A DNA stretch of 16,000 bases from Nitrospirota bacterium (GTDB taxonomy: Bacteria; Nitrospirota; Thermodesulfovibrionia; Thermodesulfovibrionales; Dissulfurispiraceae): assembly GCA_040758355.1 (NCBI GenBank), contig JBFLWF010000042.1, positions 1 through 16,000 of the forward strand, read 5' to 3'. The notes beneath the pieces were generated by a model. The model did no database searches. It worked only from the letters and a program-made list of their open reading frames with translations, and was not told where the DNA came from. The position numbers and the translations under genes are program-made. Position 1 is the first letter of the stretch. Each line of letters opens with the position of its first letter. Below, piece by piece: positions 1 to 8,129 of this stretch.

Positions 1-98
1 ATGAATGAGCCCGGAAGAAGTCCCAGTATTGCAAACAGTATTAATCCTGCGCCTGCACCTATATATAATCCTTTTTTTGCCCCTTCTCTTGTTTTCAT
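1..98 (-). CDS. Gly-rich small membrane protein, N-terminal part (3' end outside window); paralog of 1137..1457
   Basis: Manual translation from ATG at 98: MKTREGAKKGLYIGAGAGLILFAILGLLPGSF..., preceded by a strong SD (AAAGGAGG). Aligns to IGAILGGVVFIIFGLIPGFYF of the 106-aa ORF. Not in the ORF track. Confidence 0.85.
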   Translation of the reverse strand, partial: MKTREGAKKGLYIGAGAGLILFAILGLLPGSF

Positions 99-137
99 TT
101 TCTTGTTCCTCCTTTCTCTGTTCTTGCAAATATATAG

Positions 138-153
138 GCGAATTTCATGCCAA
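138..153 (-). promoter_or_regulatory. sigma54 (RpoN) -24/-12 promoter
   Basis: Minus strand TTGGCATGAAATTCGC has GG-N10-GC spacing and is close to TGGCACG-N4-TTGC; 40 nt upstream of the ATG at 98. Confidence 0.75.
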
Positions 154-195
154 GTTGTATTTTATTGATTTTCAAGGGTTTTTAATTCTGAAATG

Positions 196-240
196 TTTGC
201 ATTTCTGCAAAAACAGGTTTTTTATTTGCAAAAATGCAAA
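196..240. promoter_or_regulatory. Two palindromic TTTGCA-N4-TGCAAA sites, putative enhancer-binding-protein UAS
   Basis: tttgcatttctgcaaa (196-211) and tttgcaaaaatgcaaa (225-240), 29 bp apart, upstream of the sigma54 motif. Confidence 0.65.
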
Positions 241-278
241 AAAATTGGGGGGATGATTCTAATATCATCCCCCATTTT
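236..278 (-). terminator. Rho-independent terminator after the 9-heme cytochrome gene
   Basis: 10-bp stem GGGGGATGAT (248-257)/ATCATCCCCC (264-273) with a 6-nt loop, followed on the minus strand by a T-tract; ~26 nt past the stop at 300. Confidence 0.75.
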
Positions 279-299
279 ATAGATTCAGCATTTCTCTAC

Positions 300-1112
300 T
301 TACAGCCTCGAATTCTGCTTTACCACTTTTATCTTTCCATGTTCTATCTTTGGGTGGCACCACAGGCAGTCTATCTGCTTTTCTGTGACGTGCCTTTCAT
401 GGATGAATTTAACATCATCATACATTTCTATCCTCTCCACATGGCAGAAATAACATTTCTCTTTAGGTGTTACACCGTCACCTCTCGTTACTTCCAAATG
501 GCACTGATTACATTTGTAACCTGCCTTCATGACGTCTTCATGGGAAAAGGTCTTGCCTTTTACAACTATAGGCTGTTTAGGTGCCGAATGGCATGATGGG
601 CAACCTGTGACAGCCTGCTCGTGTGGAACTCCCTTAAAGTGACAAAGAAAGCACACATTCAGGGAGACCTTTACATGTTCTCCCTGAACTATATCAGAGT
701 GGCAGCTCCGACAGTGAAGTTTTATACCGCGCTTCATCTCAGCAAAATGAGGCCTATGATCAAAATCTATACCCCTCTTTGTGAATTTAGCCTTTGACTC
801 CACCAGTCTTTTATCATGGCATCCTGATTGCAGACAGTTTTTATCTGGCACATCAGTGAGTGGGCGAGGGGTGTATGTGCCGGCAAAAAATTTAAACTGT
901 CCAGCGAGAGCCTTAAGGGGTGTATACTCATGGCACTTCAGGCACGACACTTTATTGTGAGTGGATGTCTCCCATTTTTTATAAAATGGCGTGATGAAAT
1001 GACATACATTGCAATTTTTGGGAGAAGGGAATACCACATTCCTTACATAAAAATATACCCCTCCTATCACTGCAACAAAAATTAATAAAATCAAGAAGAC
1101 CCTTTTATTCAT
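300..1112 (-). CDS. Membrane-anchored multiheme cytochrome c (NapC/NirT-like N-terminus), 8 CxxCH + 1 CX4CH
   Basis: N-terminal TM helix; motifs CNVCH, CLKCH, CLQSGCH, CRSCH, CFLCH, CPSCH, CNQCH, CYFCH, CLWCH; SD AAGGGGGA upstream. Confidence 0.92.
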   Translation of the reverse strand: MNKRVFLILLIFVAVIGGVYFYVRNVVFPSPKNCNVCHFITPFYKKWETSTHNKVSCLKCHEYTPLKALAGQFKFFAGTYTPRPLTDVPDKNCLQSGCHDKRLVESKAKFTKRGIDFDHRPHFAEMKRGIKLHCRSCHSDIVQGEHVKVSLNVCFLCHFKGVPHEQAVTGCPSCHSAPKQPIVVKGKTFSHEDVMKAGYKCNQCHLEVTRGDGVTPKEKCYFCHVERIEMYDDVKFIHERHVTEKQIDCLWCHPKIEHGKIKVVKQNSRL

Positions 1113-1136
1113 AATTCCCCCTTTTGATTAAAGGTT

Positions 1137-1457
1137 CTACTCACCCTTCTTTGCCTCTTCCGCGCCCTTTGATAAATATGTTATGCCATACCCTATAATC
1201 GTTCCTACCAGAGCGCCAATGACCAGGAAAGCAGCAGCTACACTTAAAATGCCCAATATTGCACCCATTGCTGAGAGCAGCTTAACAAAAAGCGTTGCCT
1301 TTAAAGGCCCTCCTGATAACCTGCTGATGATAACGAGCGCTGTATAACTTCCAAAGTAAAATCCAGGGATGAGGCCAAAAATAATAAATACAACACCCCC
1401 GAGTATAGCACCAATCTTTGTACCCATGGAGATCATCTCTTTTTCTTTAGGTTGCAT
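1137..1457 (-). CDS. Gly-rich integral membrane protein of unknown function (106 aa)
   Basis: Long hydrophobic Gly-rich segments, charged C-terminal tail, SD GAGGGGG upstream; paralog at 1..98. Confidence 0.85.
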   Translation of the reverse strand: MQPKEKEMISMGTKIGAILGGVVFIIFGLIPGFYFGSYTALVIISRLSGGPLKATLFVKLLSAMGAILGILSVAAAFLVIGALVGTIIGYGITYLSKGAEEAKKGE

Positions 1458-1575
1458 AATTAAAAATCCCCCTCTTTATAAATTGTTGAGGTGTCTCTAT
1501 TTAAAAGAGATATCACATTTAATGTTCAAATGCAACAAAAATTATACAAATTGGATTGGTCTGAAAATTGCGAAA

Positions 1576-2463
1576 TTAATAGATAAAAGTCTTCGGGTCT
1601 TTAAATGAATGGCATTTAGTGCAGAGAGTTCTTGCCCTATCCTGCCCCACAACCCATAAGTGAGCCTTGTGGCAGTACAGGCAATCAAGTCCTTTTTTCA
1701 TATGAAATCCGTGCTGCCCAACTGATGCCTCATTTTTATGGCATTCGCCAATGCATGTGGCAGATGTGGGCTTTATTTCTCCATGCGGCTTGTGACACTG
1801 ATGGCAAAGAAGCCCTGACATAGGACCTTTTCTCGGGATATTGGTATGGCATTTTATGCATCTGTCTTTTGGGATCATGGAAGGCGTCTTTTCCGAGAAT
1901 GAATGGCACTTAAGACATGAGAATGCCTCCATTCCTACACCATGCACGCCCCTGTCCTGATGGCACTTCTGGCATGCATCTTCATTTGGATGGAAGTCAT
2001 GCACCGTCCCTTTATGGCATATCTTGCAGTCAACCCTCTGCATAAACACATGTCGTGCATGGCCGTATGATTTATTTAATGTTAAAGCGCCCTGAGACAT
2101 CTCGTCCATATGGCATTTCCTGCACGCCTTCCATGGCTTTTCACGGCCATGGGTCTGGGAAAATTTTTGTTGATTGCCTTTTACAACATAGGCCACGAGG
2201 AGCTGATTCTGCTCGATAATGTTCAGCTGGTGGCACTTCTGGCATATCACGTCCCTGTGTTTACCCTTCTGCCATTCTGCAAACGCCTCCTTCATCAAAT
2301 GGCATGATGCGCAGTACGCTGGCTCATCCTGTGTATATCGGTAATAACGATAGCCGACAATCACTCCCAAGACGGCAACTATTACTATGGCAGCGAGAAT
2401 AAACCCCTTTAAATGTTCAAAGAGATTCATCAGGGATTCCGGGATATCTCTGCGTTTCTTCAC
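1576..2463 (-). CDS. Membrane-anchored multiheme cytochrome c (NapC/NirT/NrfH-like N-terminus), 10 CxxCH + 1 CX3CH
   Basis: One TM helix then CASCHLM, CQKCH, CRKCH, CKICH, CQKCH, CLKCH, CIKCH, CHQCH, CIGECH, CLYCH, CTKCH. GTG start at 2463; an ATG 11 codons downstream is an alternative. Confidence 0.92.
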   Translation of the reverse strand: MKKRRDIPESLMNLFEHLKGFILAAIVIVAVLGVIVGYRYYRYTQDEPAYCASCHLMKEAFAEWQKGKHRDVICQKCHQLNIIEQNQLLVAYVVKGNQQKFSQTHGREKPWKACRKCHMDEMSQGALTLNKSYGHARHVFMQRVDCKICHKGTVHDFHPNEDACQKCHQDRGVHGVGMEAFSCLKCHSFSEKTPSMIPKDRCIKCHTNIPRKGPMSGLLCHQCHKPHGEIKPTSATCIGECHKNEASVGQHGFHMKKGLDCLYCHKAHLWVVGQDRARTLCTKCHSFKDPKTFIY

Positions 2464-2466
2464 GGG

Positions 2467-3468
2467 CTATCTCTTAATGCCTGCCATGTCTTCCAGTGTT
2501 TTAAGTTTTGATATTTCTCCGAGTGCTATCAATGTATCTCCTGCCTTTATGGTAGTTCTGAATGTGGGATTAAACCTCATATCCCCTGTGGGTTTTTTTA
2601 TCGCAACGATTATAATGCCTAATTCCCTGCCTATGCCGCACTCATCGAGGGTGAGTCCTGCAAGTTTTGAGTCTTCCTGAACGGTTATCTCCTCCATCTG
2701 GAGGTCAATATTGCCGCTCTTTGTCGCAAACTCTATAAAATCCACTACAGCAGGCTTTAAGACAGTATGAGCTATCCTGAGCCCGCCGATATGATAGGGA
2801 GATACAACCCTGTCGGCGCCGGCCCTCATAAGCTTCTGTTCCGAGCCCTCTTCTCCTGCCCTTGCAACAATAAAGAGCTTGGGGTTTAATTCCCGTGCAC
2901 TTAATACCACAAAGAGATTCTCGGCATCTGTCGGGAGCACGGATATTAATCCCTTTGCCCTTTCTATCCCAACTTCTCTTAAGATTTCGTCCCTTGTGGC
3001 ATCGCCTTCGAGGATGAGCATATCACCCCTTTCTTCAAGGGCATCCGGCTTTTTTTCGACCACAACAAATTTTATATTCTTCTCCTTAAGCTCCCTGCAT
3101 ATTATCTTACCCATCCTGCCGTAGCCGCAAACAATATAATGGTTTTTAAGCTCCCTTATCTTCTTTTCCAATCTCTTCCTCCCGAATATCTCTTTAAATT
3201 CGCCCTCTAAAATTAATTTTGCACCATTATTAAGCGCATACAGCACACTGCCAACACCGCCTATTATAAGGACTATTGTAAACATCCTTCCTCTGGCTGA
3301 CAGCTCGTGTATCTCCTTGTAACCCACAGAAGCAATGGTTATAATGGTCATATAAAGGGAGTCAAGAATATTCCATCCTTCTATGACCATATAGCCGGTA
3401 GTTCCAAATGCTATAATTAAGGTTATGAGCAGTACTGATAGTATCAGTCGTTTTCTGAGTTCTTCCAA
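2467..3468 (-). CDS. 2-TM potassium-channel-like protein with TrkA-N/TrkA-C (RCK) domains
   Basis: TM-pore helix-filter(ASVGYKE)-TM, then GYGRMG Rossmann motif, GDAT, AGADRVVSP and a C-terminal RCK_C domain. Confidence 0.92.
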   Translation of the reverse strand: MEELRKRLILSVLLITLIIAFGTTGYMVIEGWNILDSLYMTIITIASVGYKEIHELSARGRMFTIVLIIGGVGSVLYALNNGAKLILEGEFKEIFGRKRLEKKIRELKNHYIVCGYGRMGKIICRELKEKNIKFVVVEKKPDALEERGDMLILEGDATRDEILREVGIERAKGLISVLPTDAENLFVVLSARELNPKLFIVARAGEEGSEQKLMRAGADRVVSPYHIGGLRIAHTVLKPAVVDFIEFATKSGNIDLQMEEITVQEDSKLAGLTLDECGIGRELGIIIVAIKKPTGDMRFNPTFRTTIKAGDTLIALGEISKLKTLEDMAGIKR

Positions 3469-3944
3469 TGGGCGTTGATCTCCCCTAAAACGTTCTGTAT
3501 CTTTTCATCAATCAATTTTCTGTGGGAACCCTCCCAGTAAACTTTACCACAACTGCTGCATCTAAAAAAAGAATTGAAATTAAGAAAGACATGCTCGGGG
3601 ACATCATTTGCCACAGATTCTTTGTCAGCAGTTGATAGCCCGCCATTGCACTCTGCGCAGCGCGGATTACCCTTGACCTTTGACCCTTGACCCTTGACCC
3701 ATAATAAAACTTCTTTCAATTGCTCTGACACCTCATTTGAGGTTATTAGGATATAGCTATCAATCTTCTTTCTTTTTACAAGACTTGTATCCCTTGTCAG
3801 AAGTATTCTATGCTCCTGTTTGGCGATTTTTATAAGCTCGTTGTCATCTATTGCTTTAAAATACAATGTATCAAAACCCAATATCCTGAGCCATTTTGCA
3901 AGGCTTCCGAGCATAGCATCTGAGATAAAGCGGGGTTCAGACAT
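3444..3944 (-). CDS. Mut7-C RNase domain (DUF82, PIN-like with Zn ribbon) protein
   Basis: DAMLGSLAKWLRILGFDT, RILLTRD, RCAECNG...CSSCGKVYWEGSH are hallmark motifs of the family. Overlaps the channel gene by 25 nt. Confidence 0.92.
   Translation of the reverse strand: MSEPRFISDAMLGSLAKWLRILGFDTLYFKAIDDNELIKIAKQEHRILLTRDTSLVKRKKIDSYILITSNEVSEQLKEVLLWVKGQGSKVKGNPRCAECNGGLSTADKESVANDVPEHVFLNFNSFFRCSSCGKVYWEGSHRKLIDEKIQNVLGEINAHWKNSEND
3669..3700. repeat. Heptamer tandem repeat (CCTTGAC)x4 inside the Mut7-C gene
   Basis: ccttgac ctttgac ccttgac ccttgac at 3671-3698; encodes WVKGQGSKVKG. Confidence 0.85.
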
Positions 3945-3951
3945 ATAAATA

Positions 3952-3960
3952 ATTATAACA
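3952..3960 (-). promoter_or_regulatory. Extended -10 promoter (TGtTATAAT), probable leaderless transcript
   Basis: TGTTATAAT on the minus strand, 7 nt before the ATG at 3944; no SD. Confidence 0.6.
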
Positions 3961-3998
3961 AAACAAAAGGGTCATGGGAGAAGTCCCATGACCCTTTT
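3957..3998 (-). terminator. Rho-independent terminator of the rpoBC operon (potentially bidirectional)
   Basis: AAAAGGGTCATGGGA-gaag-TCCCATGACCCTTTT perfect inverted repeat (3965-3998); the minus strand continues TTTTGTTTTGTT. Confidence 0.9.
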
Positions 3999-4018
3999 CA
4001 ACTTTGGCTTATGTGTTT

Positions 4019-7000
4019 CTATTCTGTCTCAGCCTCTTCGTGTTCAAGCTGCATGGAATAGAAGTCGCCTTTAATGAATGTCTCTCTGTAGGGAGGCATT
4101 CCTGTACCGGCAGGGATGACCCTTCCCATTATCACATTCTCCTTCAGTCCGTTCAGCTCGTCTACCAAACCGCCCAATGCAGCCTCTGTGAGTACCCTTG
4201 TGGTCTCCTGGAACGACGCTGCAGAGACCCAGCTCTCTGTTGCGAGAGATGCCTTTGTAATGCCTAAAAGCATGGGCCTTCCCCTTGCGGCCTTTCCGCC
4301 CTCTGCCTTTACCCTCTCGTTTTCCTCTGCAAAGGTCATTCTGTCGACCTCGTCTCCTATAAGAAATATTGTGTCTCCCGGGTCTTCGATGCGCACCTTT
4401 CTCATCATCTGGCGTACTATTACTTCTATGTGCTTGTCGTTTATAGAAACGCCCTGGAGTCTATAGACCTTCTGAACCTCATCCACAAGGTACCTCTGCA
4501 GCTCCTTCGGCCCGAGGATGTCGAGTATGCTGTGCGGGTTTACTGCTCCGTCCATCAAGGGCTCTCCTGCCTTTACCCAGTCGCCTTCATGGACAGTAAC
4601 ATGCTTGCCTTTCGGAATCAGATATTCTCTGGACTCCTCGCCTCCTTTCACAACCACGACCCTCATCCCTTTATGGGCGCCCCTGAATTCCACGATACCG
4701 TCTATTTCTGTAACTATCGCCTGCTCCTTGGGCTTTCTTGCCTCAAAGAGTTCTGCAACCCTCGGGAGACCGCCTGTAATATCCTTTGTCTTTGTTGTTT
4801 CCCTCGGTATCTTTGCAAGGATATCGCCCGGCATTACAATATCGCCCTTGTCAACGAGTAAGTGGGCACCTGACGGTAGCAAGTATCTTGCGGGATTATT
4901 CGTCCCGGGGATCTTTCCTGTTCTGCCATGCTCATCCTTGATAGATACCCTCGGCCTCATATTGGCAGGATATTCGATTATAACTTTGTGGGCAAGGCCT
5001 GTTGTCTCGTCCACTTCTTCTTTAACCGAAACCCCCTCTACTATATCTCCGAGGGCAATCTTACCGCCTATCTCTGTCAGAATCGGCGTTGAATAAGGAT
5101 CCCACTCTACCAGACGCTGGCCTGACTCTATCCTCTGCCCGTCCCCGGCAAAAATCCTTGCGCCATATACAAGGTTATATTTCTCCTTTTCCCTGCCTGA
5201 TTTATCCACAACAGCTATCATGGCATTTCTGTTGAGGACGATAAGAACGCCTTCTTTGTTTTTAACTGCATTGAGGTCTATGAACTTCACATATCCTGAA
5301 TTCTTTGGCTCAAGGGTTGCCTGCTCGATAACCTTTGTTGCAGCGCCGCCGATATGAAATGTCCTCATGGTGAGCTGTGTTCCCGGCTCGCCGATAGACT
5401 GTGCAGCGATAATTCCGATAGCCTCTCCTGTCTCTATCGCCTCTCCCCTTGCGAGGTCTCTGCCGTAGCATTTTGCACAAACCCCGACTTTGGAATTGCA
5501 TATAAGCACAGACCTTATCTTTACCCTGTCGATCCCTGCATCCACAATCTTCTTTGCAAGCTCGTCATCTATCTCCTGATTTCTACTCGCTATGGTTTCG
5601 TTGGTAACAGGATCTTTCAGGGTCTCTGCGAGTGTCCTGCCGAATATCCTGTCCTCTAAAGGCTGTATTATCTCGCCGCCCTCGATAAGCGCGGTAACCA
5701 CTATGCCTTCCCTTGTTCCGCAGTCGTCTTCTGTCAGAATGACATCCTGCGCAACATCGACAAGCCTCCTTGTCAGGTATCCCGCATTCGCGGTCTTTAA
5801 TGCCGTATCTGCAAGGCCTTTTCTTGCACCATGAGTCGAGATAAAGTACTGAAGCGGTGTTAAGCCTTCCCTGAAGTTTGCAGTAATCGGGGTCTCGATA
5901 ATCTCTCCCGATGGCTTTGCCATCAATCCCCTCATACCTGCAAGCTGTCTTATCTGGGCAGTGCTTCCCCTTGCTCCCGAGTCAGCCATCATAAAGATGT
6001 TATTGAATAACCTTCTCTCCTTCAAATCCTCCTCGGAAAGGGGCTTCCCGTCTTCGGCGCCCAACTCCTTCATCATCTCATCCGCGACCCTTTCTGTCAC
6101 ATTTGCCCATATATCGATGACCTTGTTATATCTTTCACCCTGTGTTATGAGACCGTCTGCATACTGCCTCTGAACCTCCATGACCTCCTGCTCTGCTTCC
6201 TTTATTAATTCTGCCTTCTTTGTGGGAACATGCATATCGTCGATGCATATGGAGATTCCTGACCTTGTAGCATAACCAAAGCCGAGCCTTTCGAGGTTGT
6301 TCAGGAATACAACGGTTTCCCTCTTGCCGAGAGTCTTGTGTATGTACTCTATCAGCTTCCCTATCTCCTTCTTTGTCAGTTCCTTATTAACCGTTGAAAA
6401 TGGAATGCTCTTTGGAAGTATTTCGCTTAATAGAACCCGTCCTGCTGTTGTCTCAACAAGCTCGCCGTTCATCCTGATCTTTATGCCTGCATGCTCTTCC
6501 ACAATGCCAGAATCATAAGCACAGCGGACATCCTCGAGATCGGCAAATGCCTTCCCTTCACCGCGGGCGCCCTTTTTCTGTTTTGTAAGGTAGTAGATGC
6601 CGAGAACCATGTCCTGTGTCGGCACGACAATGGGCTTGCCGTTTGCAGGAGAAAGAAGGTTATTTACCGAAAGCATGAGCACCCTCGCCTCTATCTGTGC
6701 CTCCATTGAAAGGGGCACATGGACAGCCATCTGGTCTCCATCGAAGTCTGCGTTAAATGCTGTACAGACAAGGGGATGGAGCTTTATGGCCTTGCCTTCC
6801 ACAATCACAGGGTCAAATGCCTGTATGCCGAGCCTGTGAAGGGTCGGGGCGCGGTTTAGAAGGACAGGATGCTCATGAATGACATCTTCGAGGGCATCCC
6901 ATACTTCCGGCGTTTCCTTTTCAACCAGTCTCTTTGCCTGTTTTATTGTAGTTGCATAGCCCTTTTCTTCAAGCTTGTTGAAAACAAAAGGCTTAAAGAG

Positions 7001-8128
7001 CTCAAGGGCCATACGTTTGGGTAGTCCGCACTGGTTAAGCTGAAGTTCGGGTCCGACAACAATAACGGAACGGCCCGAATAGTCAACCCTTTTGCCCAGC
7101 AGGTTCTGCCTGAATCTGCCCTGCTTGCCTTTTATCATATCGCTAAGGGACTTTAACGCCCTCTTTCCGCCTGCCTTCAGTACCTTTGCCTTCTTGCTGT
7201 TGTCAAAGAGCGCATCAACAGCCTCCTGAAGCATCCTCTTTTCGTTCTTTATTATGACGCTGGGCGCCTTTAGCTCCATAAGCCTCTTGAGCCTGTTGTT
7301 CCTGTTTATGACCCTCCTGTAAAGGTCGTTGAGGTCCGATGTGGCGAAACGGCCGCCGTCAAGGGGAACAAGGGGTCTTAAATCAGGAGGCAGTACTGGC
7401 ACTATATCGAGTATCATCCATTCAGGACGATTCTCCGACTTTATAAATGCCTCTACTATCTTGAGTCTCTTTGTAAGCTTCCTCTTAACGCCCAGAGACG
7501 AAACAGCGTCTATCTTCTCCTTTAACTCCTTTGCAAGGGTCTCCAGATCAACCTTTTTCAAAAGCTCCCTTATGGCCTCTGCACCCATTCCTGCCTTAAA
7601 CCTGCTGCCTAATTCGGAGAGCTTTTTCTTATATTCATCGTCAGAAAGGAGTTCCTTCTCTTTCAGAGGCGTGTCTCCTGGGTCTATTACAATATACTCC
7701 TCAAAATAGAGCACCCTTTCGAGTTGTCTTATGGTCATATCGAGGAGGGTTCCTATCCTGCTTGGTACTCCCCTCAGGAACCACACATGGGCAACAGGAG
7801 TTGCGAGCTCAATGTGTCCCATCCTCTCACGTCTCACCTTTGACTGGATTACCTCAACGCCGCATTTATCGCATATGACACCCCTGTGCTTCATCCTCTT
7901 GTACTTGCCGCAGAGGCATTCCCAGTCCTTGACAGGACCGAATATCTTGGCACAGAAAAGGCCGTCGTGCTCCGGCTTGAACGTGCGGTAATTTATGGTC
8001 TCTGGCTTTTTTACCTCACCATAGGACCATTCCCTTATCTTTTCGGGTGATGCAAGCTTTATCCTTATTGCATCAAAGTCCTTCGGGTTCTTAGGCTTCT
8101 GAAAAAGGGCATAAATGTCTTCTACCAA
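4019..8128 (-). CDS. rpoC: DNA-directed RNA polymerase beta' subunit
   Basis: NADFDGD catalytic motif, N-terminal Zn finger, [13 protein letters not shown]. Start reassigned to TTG at 8128 (GGAGG SD, 1 nt after the rpoB stop) rather than 8170; 1369 aa. Confidence 0.99.
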   Translation of the reverse strand: MVEDIYALFQKPKNPKDFDAIRIKLASPEKIREWSYGEVKKPETINYRTFKPEHDGLFCAKIFGPVKDWECLCGKYKRMKHRGVICDKCGVEVIQSKVRRERMGHIELATPVAHVWFLRGVPSRIGTLLDMTIRQLERVLYFEEYIVIDPGDTPLKEKELLSDDEYKKKLSELGSRFKAGMGAEAIRELLKKVDLETLAKELKEKIDAVSSLGVKRKLTKRLKIVEAFIKSENRPEWMILDIVPVLPPDLRPLVPLDGGRFATSDLNDLYRRVINRNNRLKRLMELKAPSVIIKNEKRMLQEAVDALFDNSKKAKVLKAGGKRALKSLSDMIKGKQGRFRQNLLGKRVDYSGRSVIVVGPELQLNQCGLPKRMALELFKPFVFNKLEEKGYATTIKQAKRLVEKETPEVWDALEDVIHEHPVLLNRAPTLHRLGIQAFDPVIVEGKAIKLHPLVCTAFNADFDGDQMAVHVPLSMEAQIEARVLMLSVNNLLSPANGKPIVVPTQDMVLGIYYLTKQKKGARGEGKAFADLEDVRCAYDSGIVEEHAGIKIRMNGELVETTAGRVLLSEILPKSIPFSTVNKELTKKEIGKLIEYIHKTLGKRETVVFLNNLERLGFGYATRSGISICIDDMHVPTKKAELIKEAEQEVMEVQRQYADGLITQGERYNKVIDIWANVTERVADEMMKELGAEDGKPLSEEDLKERRLFNNIFMMADSGARGSTAQIRQLAGMRGLMAKPSGEIIETPITANFREGLTPLQYFISTHGARKGLADTALKTANAGYLTRRLVDVAQDVILTEDDCGTREGIVVTALIEGGEIIQPLEDRIFGRTLAETLKDPVTNETIASRNQEIDDELAKKIVDAGIDRVKIRSVLICNSKVGVCAKCYGRDLARGEAIETGEAIGIIAAQSIGEPGTQLTMRTFHIGGAATKVIEQATLEPKNSGYVKFIDLNAVKNKEGVLIVLNRNAMIAVVDKSGREKEKYNLVYGARIFAGDGQRIESGQRLVEWDPYSTPILTEIGGKIALGDIVEGVSVKEEVDETTGLAHKVIIEYPANMRPRVSIKDEHGRTGKIPGTNNPARYLLPSGAHLLVDKGDIVMPGDILAKIPRETTKTKDITGGLPRVAELFEARKPKEQAIVTEIDGIVEFRGAHKGMRVVVVKGGEESREYLIPKGKHVTVHEGDWVKAGEPLMDGAVNPHSILDILGPKELQRYLVDEVQKVYRLQGVSINDKHIEVIVRQMMRKVRIEDPGDTIFLIGDEVDRMTFAEENERVKAEGGKAARGRPMLLGITKASLATESWVSAASFQETTRVLTEAALGGLVDELNGLKENVIMGRVIPAGTGMPPYRETFIKGDFYSMQLEHEEAETE

Positions 8129-8129
8129 T

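Noticed and set aside
1458..1575. Promoter upstream of the 106-aa membrane protein (TTGTATAATTTTTGT; GTCTCTATTTAAAAGAGA hairpin)
   Set aside because: Lacks the GG/GC of sigma54 and a spaced -35 for sigma70; the region is AT-rich, so chance matches are likely.
1..3960. Genomic island or mobile element suggested by the more AT-rich left block
   Set aside because: No integrase, transposase or att repeats; the difference is explicable by codon bias in highly expressed core genes.
5310..5501. 63-aa minus-strand ORF inside rpoC
   Set aside because: Alternative frame of rpoC with no independent support.
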